In this document: positions 46,748 through 57,203 of the stretch, piece after piece
How positions within the stretch are numbered: position 1 is the stretch's first letter
Layout of the letters: the number at the start of each line of letters is the position of its first letter
From: Candidatus Aegiribacteria sp.
GTDB taxonomy: Bacteria; Fermentibacterota; Fermentibacteria; Fermentibacterales; JCC-6
Length of the DNA stretch: 64,000 nucleotides
Direction: 5' to 3'
Assembly (NCBI GenBank): GCA_030600545.1
Contig: JAUVLV010000001.1
Coordinates: forward strand, 17,268-81,267
Notes under the pieces: generated by a model
Told to the model about the DNA's origin: nothing
What the model saw: only the letters and a program-made list of their open reading frames with translations
Database searches by the model: none
Position numbers and translations under genes: made by a program

Positions 46748-46879
46748 CACGAATATTTCCACATATTGTGCATTCCATGGGTAGTAGCCACTACATGTTG
46801 AGGCTGGCAAATATAGATAAGTAGTTTTATACTATATACTGTATGATCCTGTTAATGAAAACATAACATATGGTATAAA

Positions 46880-48691
46880 ATGACTGAAAAATCACTGCTG
46901 CAATCGCAAGTTTACGACGAGAGTAAAGTTAAAACCCTCTCTTCAATAGAGCATATCCGTTTAAGAACAGGCATGTACATCGGCCGTCTCGGTAGCGGTT
47001 CCCATCCGGATGATGGGATCTATGTGCTGTTCAAGGAAATAATGGACAATGCTATCGATGAATTCATAATGGGATGCGGCAAGCGCATTAAGATCAGCTG
47101 CAACAGCACTTCCATGACTGTAAGAGATTACGGAAGAGGCATACCCCTGGGTAAGCTCGTTGAGTGTGTATCCCAGATAAATACCGGCGCAAAGTACAAT
47201 ACTGACGTTTTCATGTTCAGCGTAGGACTTAACGGTATCGGGACAAAAGCGGTAAACGCCCTTTCTGAGAAATTCAGGGTAGTAGCTTACCGCGATGGCA
47301 GTTATCGCGAAGTTGTTTACAGCAGGGGTGAACTTATAGAGGATGTAAAAGGTGAGACATCAAAACGGAACGGTACACTGGTTGAATTTATTCCAGACCG
47401 GGAAATTTTTGGGAATTACACCTTCCGCGAAGAATTCCTGCAGGACAGGTGCCAGCATTACGCGCATCTGAACGCAGGTCTGAAGATACAGATGAACGGT
47501 GAGACTTTCGTTTCAGAGGATGGACTTAAAGACCTTCTTCACGAGGAAGCCGGAGATTCTGCGATGTATCCGGTGATTTTCTTTCGCGAAAAGACCTTTG
47601 AATTTGCCCTTACACACACAACGGATTTCGGTGAGCGTTACCTCTCCTTTGCCAACGGTCAGTACACATCAAGCGGGGGAACTCACCTTTCCGCTTTCAA
47701 GGAAGGGATAACCAAGGGCATAAATTCATATACGGGCGAAAGTTATTCGGGTCAGGACGTTCGCGAAGGCATCATCGCCGCAATCTCCATACGTCTGAAG
47801 GAACCTGTGTTCGAATCCCAGACGAAAACCAGGCTGGGCAACAACGATATAAGGGGCTGGATCGTAAACACGATCAAGACGGAGCTGGAACAGCACCTTC
47901 ATAAGAATCCTGAAACTGCCTCGGTTCTCGTAAATAAAGTAATGATGAATCAAAAAATCCGGACAGAACTCAGCAACGTAAGGAAGAAGGCAAATCAGCG
48001 CGCCAGAAAGGTAGCGCTTAGAGTACCAAATCTGAAGGATTGCAAAATCCATTATGGGGACGATAACAAGAGGGCGGAGGAGACAACCATCTTCCTCACA
48101 GAGGGCGCGAGCGCAGCGGGCAGCATTATTTCGAGCAGGGATGTTCAGACCCAGGCGGTGTTCGCGCTAAGAGGAAAACCTCTTAACTGCTTCGGCAAGA
48201 AGCAGGACACGGTGTACAAGAACGAGGAGATCTACAATCTCATGCGTGCCCTTAACATAGAGAACGACATTGAAAGCCTGAGGTACAACAGGATAGTTCT
48301 GGCTACCGATGCGGATGTTGACGGTATGCATATCAGGAATCTCCTTCTGACTCTTTTCCTTCATTTCTTCGAAAGTCTTGTTCTTGATAAACATCTTCTC
48401 ATTCTTGAAACACCCCTGTTCAGAGTAAGGAACAAAAAGGAAACTGTTTATTGCTACAGTGAGAAGGAACGAGACAAAGCCACCGGTCGTTTGGGCAAGC
48501 AGGCAGAAATAACCAGATTCAAAGGCCTTGGTGAGATTTCGCCAAAGGAATTCGGCCAGTTCATCGGTAAGAATATCAGGCTGGAACCTGTTCGTATTAC
48601 ACGACTTAAGGAAATACCAGACATGCTTGATTTTTTCATGGGGCGCAACACGCCCGAAAGGCGTGAGTATATCATGGAGAATCTGGTATGA
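46880..48691 (+). CDS. parE: type IIA DNA topoisomerase subunit B (ParE-like, compact 603 aa)
   Basis: LEHIRLRTGMYIG, GHKL ATPase motifs and TOPRIM DADVDGMHI. The TOPRIM Glu motif reads EGASAAGS. Confidence 0.85.
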   Translation: MTEKSLLQSQVYDESKVKTLSSIEHIRLRTGMYIGRLGSGSHPDDGIYVLFKEIMDNAIDEFIMGCGKRIKISCNSTSMTVRDYGRGIPLGKLVECVSQINTGAKYNTDVFMFSVGLNGIGTKAVNALSEKFRVVAYRDGSYREVVYSRGELIEDVKGETSKRNGTLVEFIPDREIFGNYTFREEFLQDRCQHYAHLNAGLKIQMNGETFVSEDGLKDLLHEEAGDSAMYPVIFFREKTFEFALTHTTDFGERYLSFANGQYTSSGGTHLSAFKEGITKGINSYTGESYSGQDVREGIIAAISIRLKEPVFESQTKTRLGNNDIRGWIVNTIKTELEQHLHKNPETASVLVNKVMMNQKIRTELSNVRKKANQRARKVALRVPNLKDCKIHYGDDNKRAEETTIFLTEGASAAGSIISSRDVQTQAVFALRGKPLNCFGKKQDTVYKNEEIYNLMRALNIENDIESLRYNRIVLATDADVDGMHIRNLLLTLFLHFFESLVLDKHLLILETPLFRVRNKKETVYCYSEKERDKATGRLGKQAEITRFKGLGEISPKEFGQFIGKNIRLEPVRITRLKEIPDMLDFFMGRNTPERREYIMENLV

Positions 48692-50844
48692 GTGAAACAA
48701 GCCTTAGAAGGCTCTATAACCGCAATTTCCTTGAATACGCTTCCTACGTTATAAAAGACAGGGCCATCCCGGACATCGCTGATGGTCTCAAACCGGTTCA
48801 GAGAAGAATTCTATGGTCCCTTTACCAGATGGATGACGGAAGATTCAGCAAGGTGGCCAATGTAATAGGTCATTGCATGCAGTTCCATCCCCACGGAGAC
48901 AGATCAATAGGTGATGCGCTTGTTTCCCTCGCGAACAGGGGTTTCTTCATTGAAAGACAGGGGAATTTTGGAAATATCTTCACCGGCGACCAGGCTTCGG
49001 CACCGAGGTATATCGAGTGCAGACTAACTGACCTTGCCCGTGAGACCCTGTTCAATAAGAGAATTACCGATTTTGAACCCAGTTACGACGGGAGGAACAA
49101 TGAACCGGTTCTTCTCCCCGCGAAGCTGCCTGTTCTTCTCCTTCTCGGGGCCGAGGGCATCGCAGTGGGGATGTCAACCAGGATCCTGCCCCATAACTTT
49201 CAGGAAGTTCTCAAAGCACAGATAGCATGCCTGAAGGAGCAGAACTTCGAACTGTATCCCGATTTTCCGCAGGGGGGCAGAATCGACTGTTCCGATTACA
49301 ACGATGGTCATGGCCGAATCAGGAACAGGGCCAGTATCGAAAAGGACGGCAACAAGAACCTTATCATAAGAGAACTGCCATGGGGCACTACCACTGAATC
49401 GGTAATAAGCTCCATCGAGTTTGCATCGAAAAAGGGTAAGATAAAAATAGCCTCAATTGATGATTACACGACTGATTCTGTTGAGATTAATATCAGACTT
49501 TCACGGGGTGTCGGAGTAGAAGAAGGATTGAAAAGACTTTACGCCCATACCGAATGTGAAACGTTCCATTCTTCCAACATCGTCGTTATTCAGGACGATA
49601 ATCCGGTTGAAATCAGCATTACGGAAATCCTGCAATACTGCACCGGAAGACTTATAGAAATTCTGAAGCTGGAACTGAAACTGGAGATCAACGATTACAC
49701 TGAAAGACTTCACTGGCTTACTCTGGAACAGATCTTCATAGAGAACAGGCTGTACAAGAGTATAGAGGAGTGCACTTCCTGGGAAAATGTAAGGGATTCA
49801 GTGCGGGAAAGCCTTCAGCCGTTTCTTGAAGAAAACGATCTGGAGGTAACGGAAGAAGATATAGATAAACTTCTCGCACTCAAGATTCGCAGAATATCGA
49901 GGTTCGATATTGAGAGCCATAGAAAAGAAATGGGCTCAATAAAGACCAGCATGAAGCATGCCAGAGCCAACCTCCGAAATATAGTACGATACGCCATCGA
50001 TTATATTGAAATGCTGATAAAGAAATACTCAAAGAACTATCCAAGGCTGACAAGCATAGAGGATTTCAGTGATATAGATGTGAAGAAGGTTGCGATAAAG
50101 AACCTTAAGGTAGGTTTCAATAAAAAGACAGGGCTTCTGGGAACATCAATAAAGGGCGAGAAAACATTCAGCGTTTCCGAATATGACAGGTTCGTTTTCT
50201 TTCTTGATAACGGAACCTACAGGGTTGTTCCGGTACAGGATAAGTATTTCATAGACGGAAATGTACTGTACTGCGGTGTCCTTGACAAAGACAAGGTTTT
50301 CACAGCGGTTTATCAGCAGTCAAAAACCAGGATAGCGTACATTAAAAGGTTCTGTGTAGAAAGCTTCATTATGGACAAGGAGTATATGTACGCTCCCGAA
50401 GGCAGTAAGGTCGTTCTCTTCACTGAGGGATCTGAGATGAGGCTGGATTTCTGGTTCCAGCGGAAGAAGAGGATGCGGAGAAGAAAGGATCAATGCCTTA
50501 TATCCGATTACCGTGTAACCAGTGAAAGCGCGAAAGGCGTTCAGTTGTGCGGACAGAAGATAATTTCCAGCATCAAGGGTGTTCCAACAGGAGACGGTGA
50601 AGAAAGTGATTCAACGGATTCACCAGAACCCGCTGATTCATACGATGAAAATGAAGCTCCTGCCGAGGAAGAGGAAGAACAGGAATCCAGAGATGAAAAC
50701 CCGGAAATCGAACCACCTTTTCCGGAAGATGTCATTAAACAGGCTGAAGACTTTCGTGCGAATACGGCAGAAACACTGAAAAGGGTAGAAAAGGCTATAC
50801 ATCCGGATGATGAATCCGATGACCTTTTTGGAGACCTGAATTGA
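48688..50844 (+). CDS. parC: type IIA DNA topoisomerase subunit A (ParC-like, 718 aa, acidic C-terminal tail)
   Basis: DGLKPVQRRILW, HPHGD and active-site APRYIECRL motifs. ATGA overlap with parE. Confidence 0.85.
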   Translation: MSETSLRRLYNRNFLEYASYVIKDRAIPDIADGLKPVQRRILWSLYQMDDGRFSKVANVIGHCMQFHPHGDRSIGDALVSLANRGFFIERQGNFGNIFTGDQASAPRYIECRLTDLARETLFNKRITDFEPSYDGRNNEPVLLPAKLPVLLLLGAEGIAVGMSTRILPHNFQEVLKAQIACLKEQNFELYPDFPQGGRIDCSDYNDGHGRIRNRASIEKDGNKNLIIRELPWGTTTESVISSIEFASKKGKIKIASIDDYTTDSVEINIRLSRGVGVEEGLKRLYAHTECETFHSSNIVVIQDDNPVEISITEILQYCTGRLIEILKLELKLEINDYTERLHWLTLEQIFIENRLYKSIEECTSWENVRDSVRESLQPFLEENDLEVTEEDIDKLLALKIRRISRFDIESHRKEMGSIKTSMKHARANLRNIVRYAIDYIEMLIKKYSKNYPRLTSIEDFSDIDVKKVAIKNLKVGFNKKTGLLGTSIKGEKTFSVSEYDRFVFFLDNGTYRVVPVQDKYFIDGNVLYCGVLDKDKVFTAVYQQSKTRIAYIKRFCVESFIMDKEYMYAPEGSKVVLFTEGSEMRLDFWFQRKKRMRRRKDQCLISDYRVTSESAKGVQLCGQKIISSIKGVPTGDGEESDSTDSPEPADSYDENEAPAEEEEEQESRDENPEIEPPFPEDVIKQAEDFRANTAETLKRVEKAIHPDDESDDLFGDLN

Positions 50845-51807
50845 CTATATCCCTTTAAGATTCTCTCTCAGTCTTTTCAATGGATCATCACCTGGAGCAG
50901 GTTCGAACTCCTTGCCCGTAATCATTTCGTACAGTTTTATGTACCTTGATGAAAGCTCTATAACAAGATCATCCGGAGCTTCCGGCAGCACCTCATCATT
51001 GTACGGGTCGCAGTTGTCCCTGAACCAGAGCCTTAAAAATTCCTTGTCGATGTTCTCAGGTTCCTGTCCGTTCCGGAATCTATCCTCATAGCTGCCGGTA
51101 ATCCAGTACCTTGATGAATCGGGAGTGTGAATTTCATCGACGAGGATGATATCGCCATTCTCATCCTTCCCCAGTTCGTACTTGGTATCAACAAGGATCA
51201 GGCCGTTTTTTGCGGCTACTTCCACTCCACGCCCGAAAAGTTTCATGGCTATCTCAGATGCCCTGTCCCACTCCTGCGCGGTCATCAGTCCCTGACTGAT
51301 AATTCCGTCAGGGGTGATGGATTCATCGTGTTCTTCGCTTTTAGTAGTGGGGGTGATTATGGGTTCGGGAAATTTCTGGTTCTTAACCATTCCATCGGGA
51401 AGCTGGTTACCGCAGATGTTTCGGCTGCCATTGTTGTAAAGGGTCCATGCGGATGTGCTTGTACTTCCCGTAAGGTAACCCCGTACGATGAATTCCACAG
51501 GGAAGACTTCGCACTTGATCGCAAGAGTGGCATTGGGGTCGGGAATGGAAATCACATGATTTGGAACGATGTCGCTGGTGTTCTTGAACCAGAACGCGCT
51601 TACCTGATTGAGTACCTGACCCTTGAAAGGAACCGAGGCCAGCACCCTGTCGAAGGCGCTTTGTCTGTCAGTTGTAATAAGCAGAATTCTGTTTCCAAGA
51701 TCGTAACTGTCTCTTACTTTGCCCCTTTTTCCACCAGGAAGATTCAACTCGGATGTGTCCGTAAGACATATGGAAAGATTTTTTCTGATAGCATCTCTGT
51801 TAACCAT
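50845..51807 (-). CDS. purC: phosphoribosylaminoimidazole-succinocarboxamide synthase (long form)
   Basis: GKVRDSYDL and LITTDRQSAFD motifs. Its stop directly abuts the parC stop. Confidence 0.9.
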   Translation of the reverse strand: MVNRDAIRKNLSICLTDTSELNLPGGKRGKVRDSYDLGNRILLITTDRQSAFDRVLASVPFKGQVLNQVSAFWFKNTSDIVPNHVISIPDPNATLAIKCEVFPVEFIVRGYLTGSTSTSAWTLYNNGSRNICGNQLPDGMVKNQKFPEPIITPTTKSEEHDESITPDGIISQGLMTAQEWDRASEIAMKLFGRGVEVAAKNGLILVDTKYELGKDENGDIILVDEIHTPDSSRYWITGSYEDRFRNGQEPENIDKEFLRLWFRDNCDPYNDEVLPEAPDDLVIELSSRYIKLYEMITGKEFEPAPGDDPLKRLRENLKGI

Positions 51808-51958
51808 ACAATCTCCTTGTCTGTTGCCTTGAAATCTGTTAGCGAATTCTGACCAGAACGTGTATAATAACCAAACTTTCCATGATTTGAAACCTTATCA
51901 GATTTTGTTCGAAACAGGAGTTGACTGATGTCAGTTGGTACCACCGGACAGATAGTAT

Positions 51959-53227
51959 ATGCAGATTAGATCTGCCAGCGGCGAGAGGAGATTCTTCCGT
52001 TCCCTGGGAGGTGATGAAAGAAAATCATTCAGGATTCATCTATTGTCCGCCGTCTTCGGTGGTATATCCATGGGAGTGGTGATAAACCACGAATACATCG
52101 CAGTAAACGGATTGAATGCCTCCCACTGGCAGATAACGGCTCTTACGATGCTCTGGCCGGTTAGCAACCTGCTTGCCGTTCTTATTAATCACTGGCTTGA
52201 CAGCAGGGGAAGGTACGACAGAGCTGTTCTGGTTTTCGGAGTTCTTTCCAGGCTACCTGTGGCGCTGATGTTCTTCTCTTCGAATGTTAACCTCATGCTG
52301 CTGCTTCTCCTTCTTTTCTTCGCATCCAACAGTATCATCCTGCCCGCTCAGAACAGTATCATGAAGAAACGGTACTCCCAGAGTAACAGAGCAAGACTTT
52401 TCGGCTGGTGGACAAGCGCATTCACACTTTTCAGTCTTCCAGTTGCCATGCTTGCAGGCGCTCTGCTGGATATGGATTTCCAGTACTACAGAATTCTATT
52501 CGTGGCCGAAGCCATTTTCGGAGCGGGAGAGGCTGTCTTCTTATCGATGATGGCCAGGGGCATGGAATCGACCGTGGCTGAAAAATCAACCGGCAGAGGA
52601 GTTGCTCACTTTTTCAAGAGCCTGTGGAATATTTTCAGGAATGACAAGGATTTCGCCTGGTTCGAGATATACTTTTTTATTTACGGTATAGCCTTTCTTA
52701 TGATTCTGCCGGTAATACCCTTCTTCGCGACTGAAAAACTCGGACTGGACTACGAGCAGTACGCAATGGCAAAAGGCGTGATCGGGCAGCTGGGGATACT
52801 TCTTCTCTCTCCTTTTTTGGGAGTCCGGCTTGAGAAGCTTCATCCATTCCGATTCACAGGTATAGTATGCCTGCTTCTTGTTTTCTATCCGCTATCAATG
52901 GCCTTTGGCAACTGGATGCCTGATATAGGTATAACATTTTTCTATATCGCATTCGCAATATTTGCAGTGGGAATGGCGGGTGTGAGAATATCCTGGAACA
53001 TTTCCAGTATGCACTTCGCCCCTGCGGGGCAGGAAGCCACGTATCAGGGTCTGCATATCACAATGACCGCCCTGAGAGCCAGTTTTGCGCCGATACTGGG
53101 AAGCGTTCTGCTGCATTTCTGGGGGTATTCAGAAGCATTTCTTACGTCTTCGGGCTTCTTTGCCCTTGCCGGGATTCTTTTTCTAAGAAGGTACAGGAAA
53201 AGAAAGGCTGAGGGAATTGCAGCATAA
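51959..53227 (+). CDS. MFS transporter
   Basis: About 12 TM segments and an MFS-like loop motif (MKKRYSQSNRARLFG). Confidence 0.7.
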   Translation: MQIRSASGERRFFRSLGGDERKSFRIHLLSAVFGGISMGVVINHEYIAVNGLNASHWQITALTMLWPVSNLLAVLINHWLDSRGRYDRAVLVFGVLSRLPVALMFFSSNVNLMLLLLLLFFASNSIILPAQNSIMKKRYSQSNRARLFGWWTSAFTLFSLPVAMLAGALLDMDFQYYRILFVAEAIFGAGEAVFLSMMARGMESTVAEKSTGRGVAHFFKSLWNIFRNDKDFAWFEIYFFIYGIAFLMILPVIPFFATEKLGLDYEQYAMAKGVIGQLGILLLSPFLGVRLEKLHPFRFTGIVCLLLVFYPLSMAFGNWMPDIGITFFYIAFAIFAVGMAGVRISWNISSMHFAPAGQEATYQGLHITMTALRASFAPILGSVLLHFWGYSEAFLTSSGFFALAGILFLRRYRKRKAEGIAA

Positions 53228-53233
53228 CTTGAA

Positions 53234-53258
53234 AAGGGCACGGGAATTCCGTGCCCTT
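53234..53258. terminator. GC-rich hairpin between convergent genes (terminator-like, weak U-tracts)
   Basis: 10-bp stem AAGGGCACGG / CCGTGCCCTT with loop GAATT. Confidence 0.55.
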
Positions 53259-53277
53259 AAAAAAGAACTGAGATTAT

Positions 53278-53778
53278 CTAGAAATAGGTTCCAACCGTAA
53301 GCGCGAACCAGGCTTTATCTGTGTCAAAGTCGACAAAGTGATATTTGATGCTTCCTTCGATATCCATGGAACCGGTAGGGAAGATCATCCCTAAATTTCC
53401 ATAGGCACCGAATTCACTGTCGCTGTCATCGTATTTTACACCAAGCAATTCATAACTTACCGATGCCACATACATGCCTGCTCCGCCGCCGTAGAAGACA
53501 GGTCCTGAGTAGGTTCTTATACCTGCAAGAATCGGGATAATGCTTGCGGAGAAATCACCGAGATCTTCTTTGGACTGCAGCATACCGTAGCTTATGCTTC
53601 CCTCGATAGCGTATACAGGCATATGAGCCAGTATATTAACTCCGAAGATGGGGCTTGTTGAATAGAAATCGCCTCCGTTACCTGTGGGGAATAGTCCTCC
53701 CGCGTGCGCTCCGTATTCCACAGTACCGGCGAAAGCCGACACTGAAATAATAAGAAGCAAGGATATTATTTTCATCAT
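53278..53778 (-). CDS. small outer-membrane beta-barrel protein (OmpW/OmpA-beta-barrel-like)
   Basis: Signal peptide MKIISLLLIISVSAFA, alternating Gly/aromatic strands, C-terminal ...TVGTYF. Confidence 0.65.
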   Translation of the reverse strand: MMKIISLLLIISVSAFAGTVEYGAHAGGLFPTGNGGDFYSTSPIFGVNILAHMPVYAIEGSISYGMLQSKEDLGDFSASIIPILAGIRTYSGPVFYGGGAGMYVASVSYELLGVKYDDSDSEFGAYGNLGMIFPTGSMDIEGSIKYHFVDFDTDKAWFALTVGTYF

Positions 53779-53836
53779 AACACACCTTTCTGTTTGTGTT
53801 TCAGATAGCAATATACCGAAAAAGCAATCGTCCGGG

Positions 53837-54538
53837 TCAACTCGTTTCCATTTTCAGCCATTTCATAAGATCGGCGGTCTTCCGGATTTCCAGAATCCTG
53901 GGGCCAGGAGCCGAAAAATTCCCGTCCGGCTGGACGAAAACAAAATCAACTCCAGCTGCGTTGGCGGCTCCCATATCACTGCCTGCGCTGTCTCCAACGA
54001 AAAGAGTATCAAAGGTTTTTGAACAGGCCAGTTTCATTGCGTAACGGAGTATTTCCGGGTCTGGCTTCGCTGATTTTACCTCACAGCTGAGTACAATGAG
54101 ATCCAGGTATTCCATCAGTCCTGATTTCTGAAGCCGTTTTCGCTGAACCGATCCAGGACCGTTGGAAACAATTCCAATTGTGCATTTTTCATGAAGATGT
54201 TCCAGGAGACCGATGACACCGGGAAGTGGTTCCCCATGCTCCTCGAGTCCTTCGAAGTAGAGTTTGATGAATTCAGCGGGATCTGCGTTGAATCCGGCTT
54301 TTCTGAAAGCCTGACGCATCTCAATCGAACCGGGTTCGATGGCTGATGGTTTACAGGCTTCAATATCCTGTATGACCTTCCCGTCAAGAAATTCATGGAT
54401 TTTCTCGAGTGTATCCGGGGATTCCTCAAGCTTGAGTATGTCTATAATATGTTGCGCCGCATGCTTCTGTGCTCCAGCATAGTCGATGAGTGTTCCGTCC
54501 AGATCGAACAGAACAGCAGTATATTCACTAAAATTCAT
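53837..54538 (-). CDS. HAD-superfamily hydrolase
   Basis: LFDLDGTL motif I, SNG motif II, GDSAGSDMGAANAAG motif IV. GGAGG lies 8 nt upstream of ATG 54538. Confidence 0.8.
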   Translation of the reverse strand: MNFSEYTAVLFDLDGTLIDYAGAQKHAAQHIIDILKLEESPDTLEKIHEFLDGKVIQDIEACKPSAIEPGSIEMRQAFRKAGFNADPAEFIKLYFEGLEEHGEPLPGVIGLLEHLHEKCTIGIVSNGPGSVQRKRLQKSGLMEYLDLIVLSCEVKSAKPDPEILRYAMKLACSKTFDTLFVGDSAGSDMGAANAAGVDFVFVQPDGNFSAPGPRILEIRKTADLMKWLKMETS

Positions 54539-54586
54539 TTGACTGACCTCCATTATTTACAACCATGTTCAGGAAGTATAATGAAT

Positions 54587-54608
54587 TGGGGCCGTGTATG
54601 GGGCCCCA
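54587..54608. other. GC-rich hairpin in a divergent promoter/leader region
   Basis: TGGGGCC (54587-54593) / GGCCCCA (54602-54608) with an 8-nt loop. TATAAT at 54577-54582 lies just upstream on the plus strand. Confidence 0.3.
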
Positions 54609-54672
54609 TATTTCGCTATATTATACGAGTTATTAAACACTGATTATTGATTATTGGAAAGGTTTGAATATC

Positions 54673-55470
54673 ATGAGTAACCAGAAAATGGCACCTTACA
54701 GGCTTGAAAAGCCCCCGGCGGATAAGAGTATTCTAGTGCTTTCGGGAAAGGGTGGAGTAGGCAAGAGTACCGTTGCGGCTAACCTTGCTATTTCGCTCTC
54801 CCTTCAGGGGTATGCTACAGGGCTCCTGGATACGGATTTTCATGGTCCCAGCATACCAAAACTTCTTGGCATGGAGGGAACGACTCTCACATCAACCGAC
54901 GGAAAAAGGCTTAACCCCGCAGAACTTGGATCTCTGAAAGTAATTTCCGTTGATTTCATGCTAAGCAGCAGGACCGATGCTGTCATCTGGCGGGGACCCA
55001 TGAAGATGAATGTCATCAAGCAGCTTTTTGAAGATGTTAATTGGGGAAAGCTTGAGTATATGATTATTGACTGTCCTCCGGGAACCGGTGACGAACCCCT
55101 TTCGGTTGTTCAGCTAATTCCTGAACCGACAGGCGCGGTTATTGTAACCACTCCACAGGAAATATCCCTTTCCGATGTAAGACGCTCAATTCAGTTCTGT
55201 CACACTCTTAAGCTCCCTGTACTGGGAGTCATCGAGAATATGTCAGGATTCGTCTGTCCACATTGTGGCGAGATGACCGAGTTATTCGGCTCAGGCGGAG
55301 GAGAGCGAATGGCATCTGAGATGGGAGTACCCTTCCTGGGAAGAATCCCCATAGAACCGGAAATAGTATCTTCGGGAGACAGCGGAAAACCCTTCGTTTA
55401 CCATAACGGAGATTCATCATTCGCAAAGGATTTCGACAGTATAGTTAAGGATATAGTAGAGAAAGTATGA
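54673..55470 (+). CDS. Mrp/NBP35/ApbC family Fe-S cluster carrier ATPase
   Basis: SGKGGVGKST deviant Walker A and CPHCG motif (alternative TTG start at 54664). Confidence 0.88.
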   Translation: MSNQKMAPYRLEKPPADKSILVLSGKGGVGKSTVAANLAISLSLQGYATGLLDTDFHGPSIPKLLGMEGTTLTSTDGKRLNPAELGSLKVISVDFMLSSRTDAVIWRGPMKMNVIKQLFEDVNWGKLEYMIIDCPPGTGDEPLSVVQLIPEPTGAVIVTTPQEISLSDVRRSIQFCHTLKLPVLGVIENMSGFVCPHCGEMTELFGSGGGERMASEMGVPFLGRIPIEPEIVSSGDSGKPFVYHNGDSSFAKDFDSIVKDIVEKV

Positions 55471-55956
55471 TTACATGTTCATTCCGAACTCCGTAACCTT
55501 CCACTGACCGTCTTCCTTTACAACATCAATCGTGTGGGTTTCGGATTCACCCGTTACAGTCGTTGTTACTTCGACCAGTGCCGCGTTACCATTAATGGTA
55601 ACTTCGCCTATTAATACCTCGGTAGAATCCATAATGGATGTTATCACGGGAGAGGAAATCAGGGCCACCATGAAATCTTTCGTTGTCATGTCGGGAATAT
55701 TCGCCGCATCTATCTCGATACCCATAGCACTCAACTGCTCTGCTGACTGTACAGGGGCCATCTTGATCATTTCCAGCTGTGAATCCATTTCAGTAAGAGC
55801 GCTTTCTGACATGTAAGCGACCGCTCTTTCGCCATCTCCTGCCTTCAGAGCATCGAACATTTCAGTTACAGCGTCGCCCGGGTTACCGGTGCTGCCGCCG
55901 CCGCAGGCCATTGTCAGAGCGAACAGCAATATGGAAAATACTGCAAGTGTTTTCAT
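55471..55956 (-). CDS. DUF4878-like lipoprotein
   Basis: Lipobox LTMACGG. The C-terminal ...DGQWKVTEFG pattern is typical of small SnoaL-like lipoproteins. Confidence 0.55.
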   Translation of the reverse strand: MKTLAVFSILLFALTMACGGGSTGNPGDAVTEMFDALKAGDGERAVAYMSESALTEMDSQLEMIKMAPVQSAEQLSAMGIEIDAANIPDMTTKDFMVALISSPVITSIMDSTEVLIGEVTINGNAALVEVTTTVTGESETHTIDVVKEDGQWKVTEFGMNM

Positions 55957-56037
55957 GATATCCTTTCCTGTTATGTATTGAACATCGAAAATATATCTTT
56001 CAAAATATGAAGTGCACTGTCAACGTTGGTTTGCGAG

Positions 56038-57126
56038 TTAAAGGTCCCAGCTTAATCCGGCGGAGTAATAGGTTCCACTGTCGTCGATGTTGCTGATATA
56101 GGGCTCAGGGAAAGCAAATCCGTTTGTGCTTCTGCTCATCCATGAAATACTCAGATCGAGATCCATCTTTCCGAAATCAATGCAGGTTCCCGTTCCTAAA
56201 CAGAGAGCCGCCATTTTGTAATCAGAAGCCCTGATAAAACCTACGCTATAGGTCGATCTGACATTTGTTATCATTTCCGCCAGATAGATGAACATTTTGC
56301 CGGATACGGCGGGGTTCTTTTTTTCTATGGACCGAAAATCGACCTCCACACCCATTGTGCTTCCGCTTAAAATACTGAAATCCCTCTGGAATCCGAAGGC
56401 AACCCTTGAGTCGTATCTGTTTGTCTTATTAGTGCCGGATATACCGAACGTTCCAAAGCTGAAAGGCATAAGAAGCCCGGCATGAACGCAGAAATCGGAT
56501 TCTTCCCAGTCCACTTCAGTTGTATCATCGGGAGCTATTGGATCGACAATATCATGCCTTAGTGTATACGATCCGCTTCCGAATCGCAGCCCGCCGGATA
56601 CACCTGCGGTCAGCCAGTCATTGAGAACCAGCGAAATTCCGGTATTTGCTTCCCAGAGGGAACCCCGAGAATCCAGCAGATCAATCGCGTAAATCTTGTA
56701 ACCAGATTGTCCGTACTCCTCCAGAATATTGTTGATACCGCTGAATCCGAAATGCGAGACTCTTGATATTCCCGCGCCGATTGATACAGCTTCAGATATT
56801 TCAGTCCCTGCGGCCGCAGTTACCGTACCCAGATTGCCGGAGCTGAAATGATCGTAATCCAGTTCACCTGAAACAAATGAGTGCCAATTAATAATGGCTG
56901 TGCTAACTTTGATGGAAGTACCATCCAGCATGGATAATTCCGCCGGATTAAGGAAAATGGATGCCGCTTCGCTGGATGGAAGAGACCAGACCCCACCCAT
57001 AGCACTCTGTTTCGGGGTTACGCAGATTATGGGAGAACCATTTCCAATGGCGTCATGGAATCCCCAGGCTGATACTACTGATGGAAAGCTGATAAGCAAA
57101 GCTACGAACAGGAATACTATCCTCAT
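56038..57126 (-). CDS. outer-membrane beta-barrel protein, paralog of 12286..13386
   Basis: Signal peptide MRIVFLFVALLISFPSVVSA, SAMGGV...NPAELS motif, NDWLTAGVSGGLRFGSG, beta-strand periodicity to the C-terminus. Confidence 0.6.
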   Translation of the reverse strand: MRIVFLFVALLISFPSVVSAWGFHDAIGNGSPIICVTPKQSAMGGVWSLPSSEAASIFLNPAELSMLDGTSIKVSTAIINWHSFVSGELDYDHFSSGNLGTVTAAAGTEISEAVSIGAGISRVSHFGFSGINNILEEYGQSGYKIYAIDLLDSRGSLWEANTGISLVLNDWLTAGVSGGLRFGSGSYTLRHDIVDPIAPDDTTEVDWEESDFCVHAGLLMPFSFGTFGISGTNKTNRYDSRVAFGFQRDFSILSGSTMGVEVDFRSIEKKNPAVSGKMFIYLAEMITNVRSTYSVGFIRASDYKMAALCLGTGTCIDFGKMDLDLSISWMSRSTNGFAFPEPYISNIDDSGTYYSAGLSWDL

Positions 57127-57203
57127 GCTGTTCTCCATTTCGTTATTTGATCTGTAACAATTATTTGTACCTTGCATGACATAAATTCGAACATGAAATC
57201 AGA

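Noticed and set aside
51808-51958. purC 5' region checked for purine or ZTP riboswitch motifs.
   Set aside because: Neither conserved core could be found on the minus strand.
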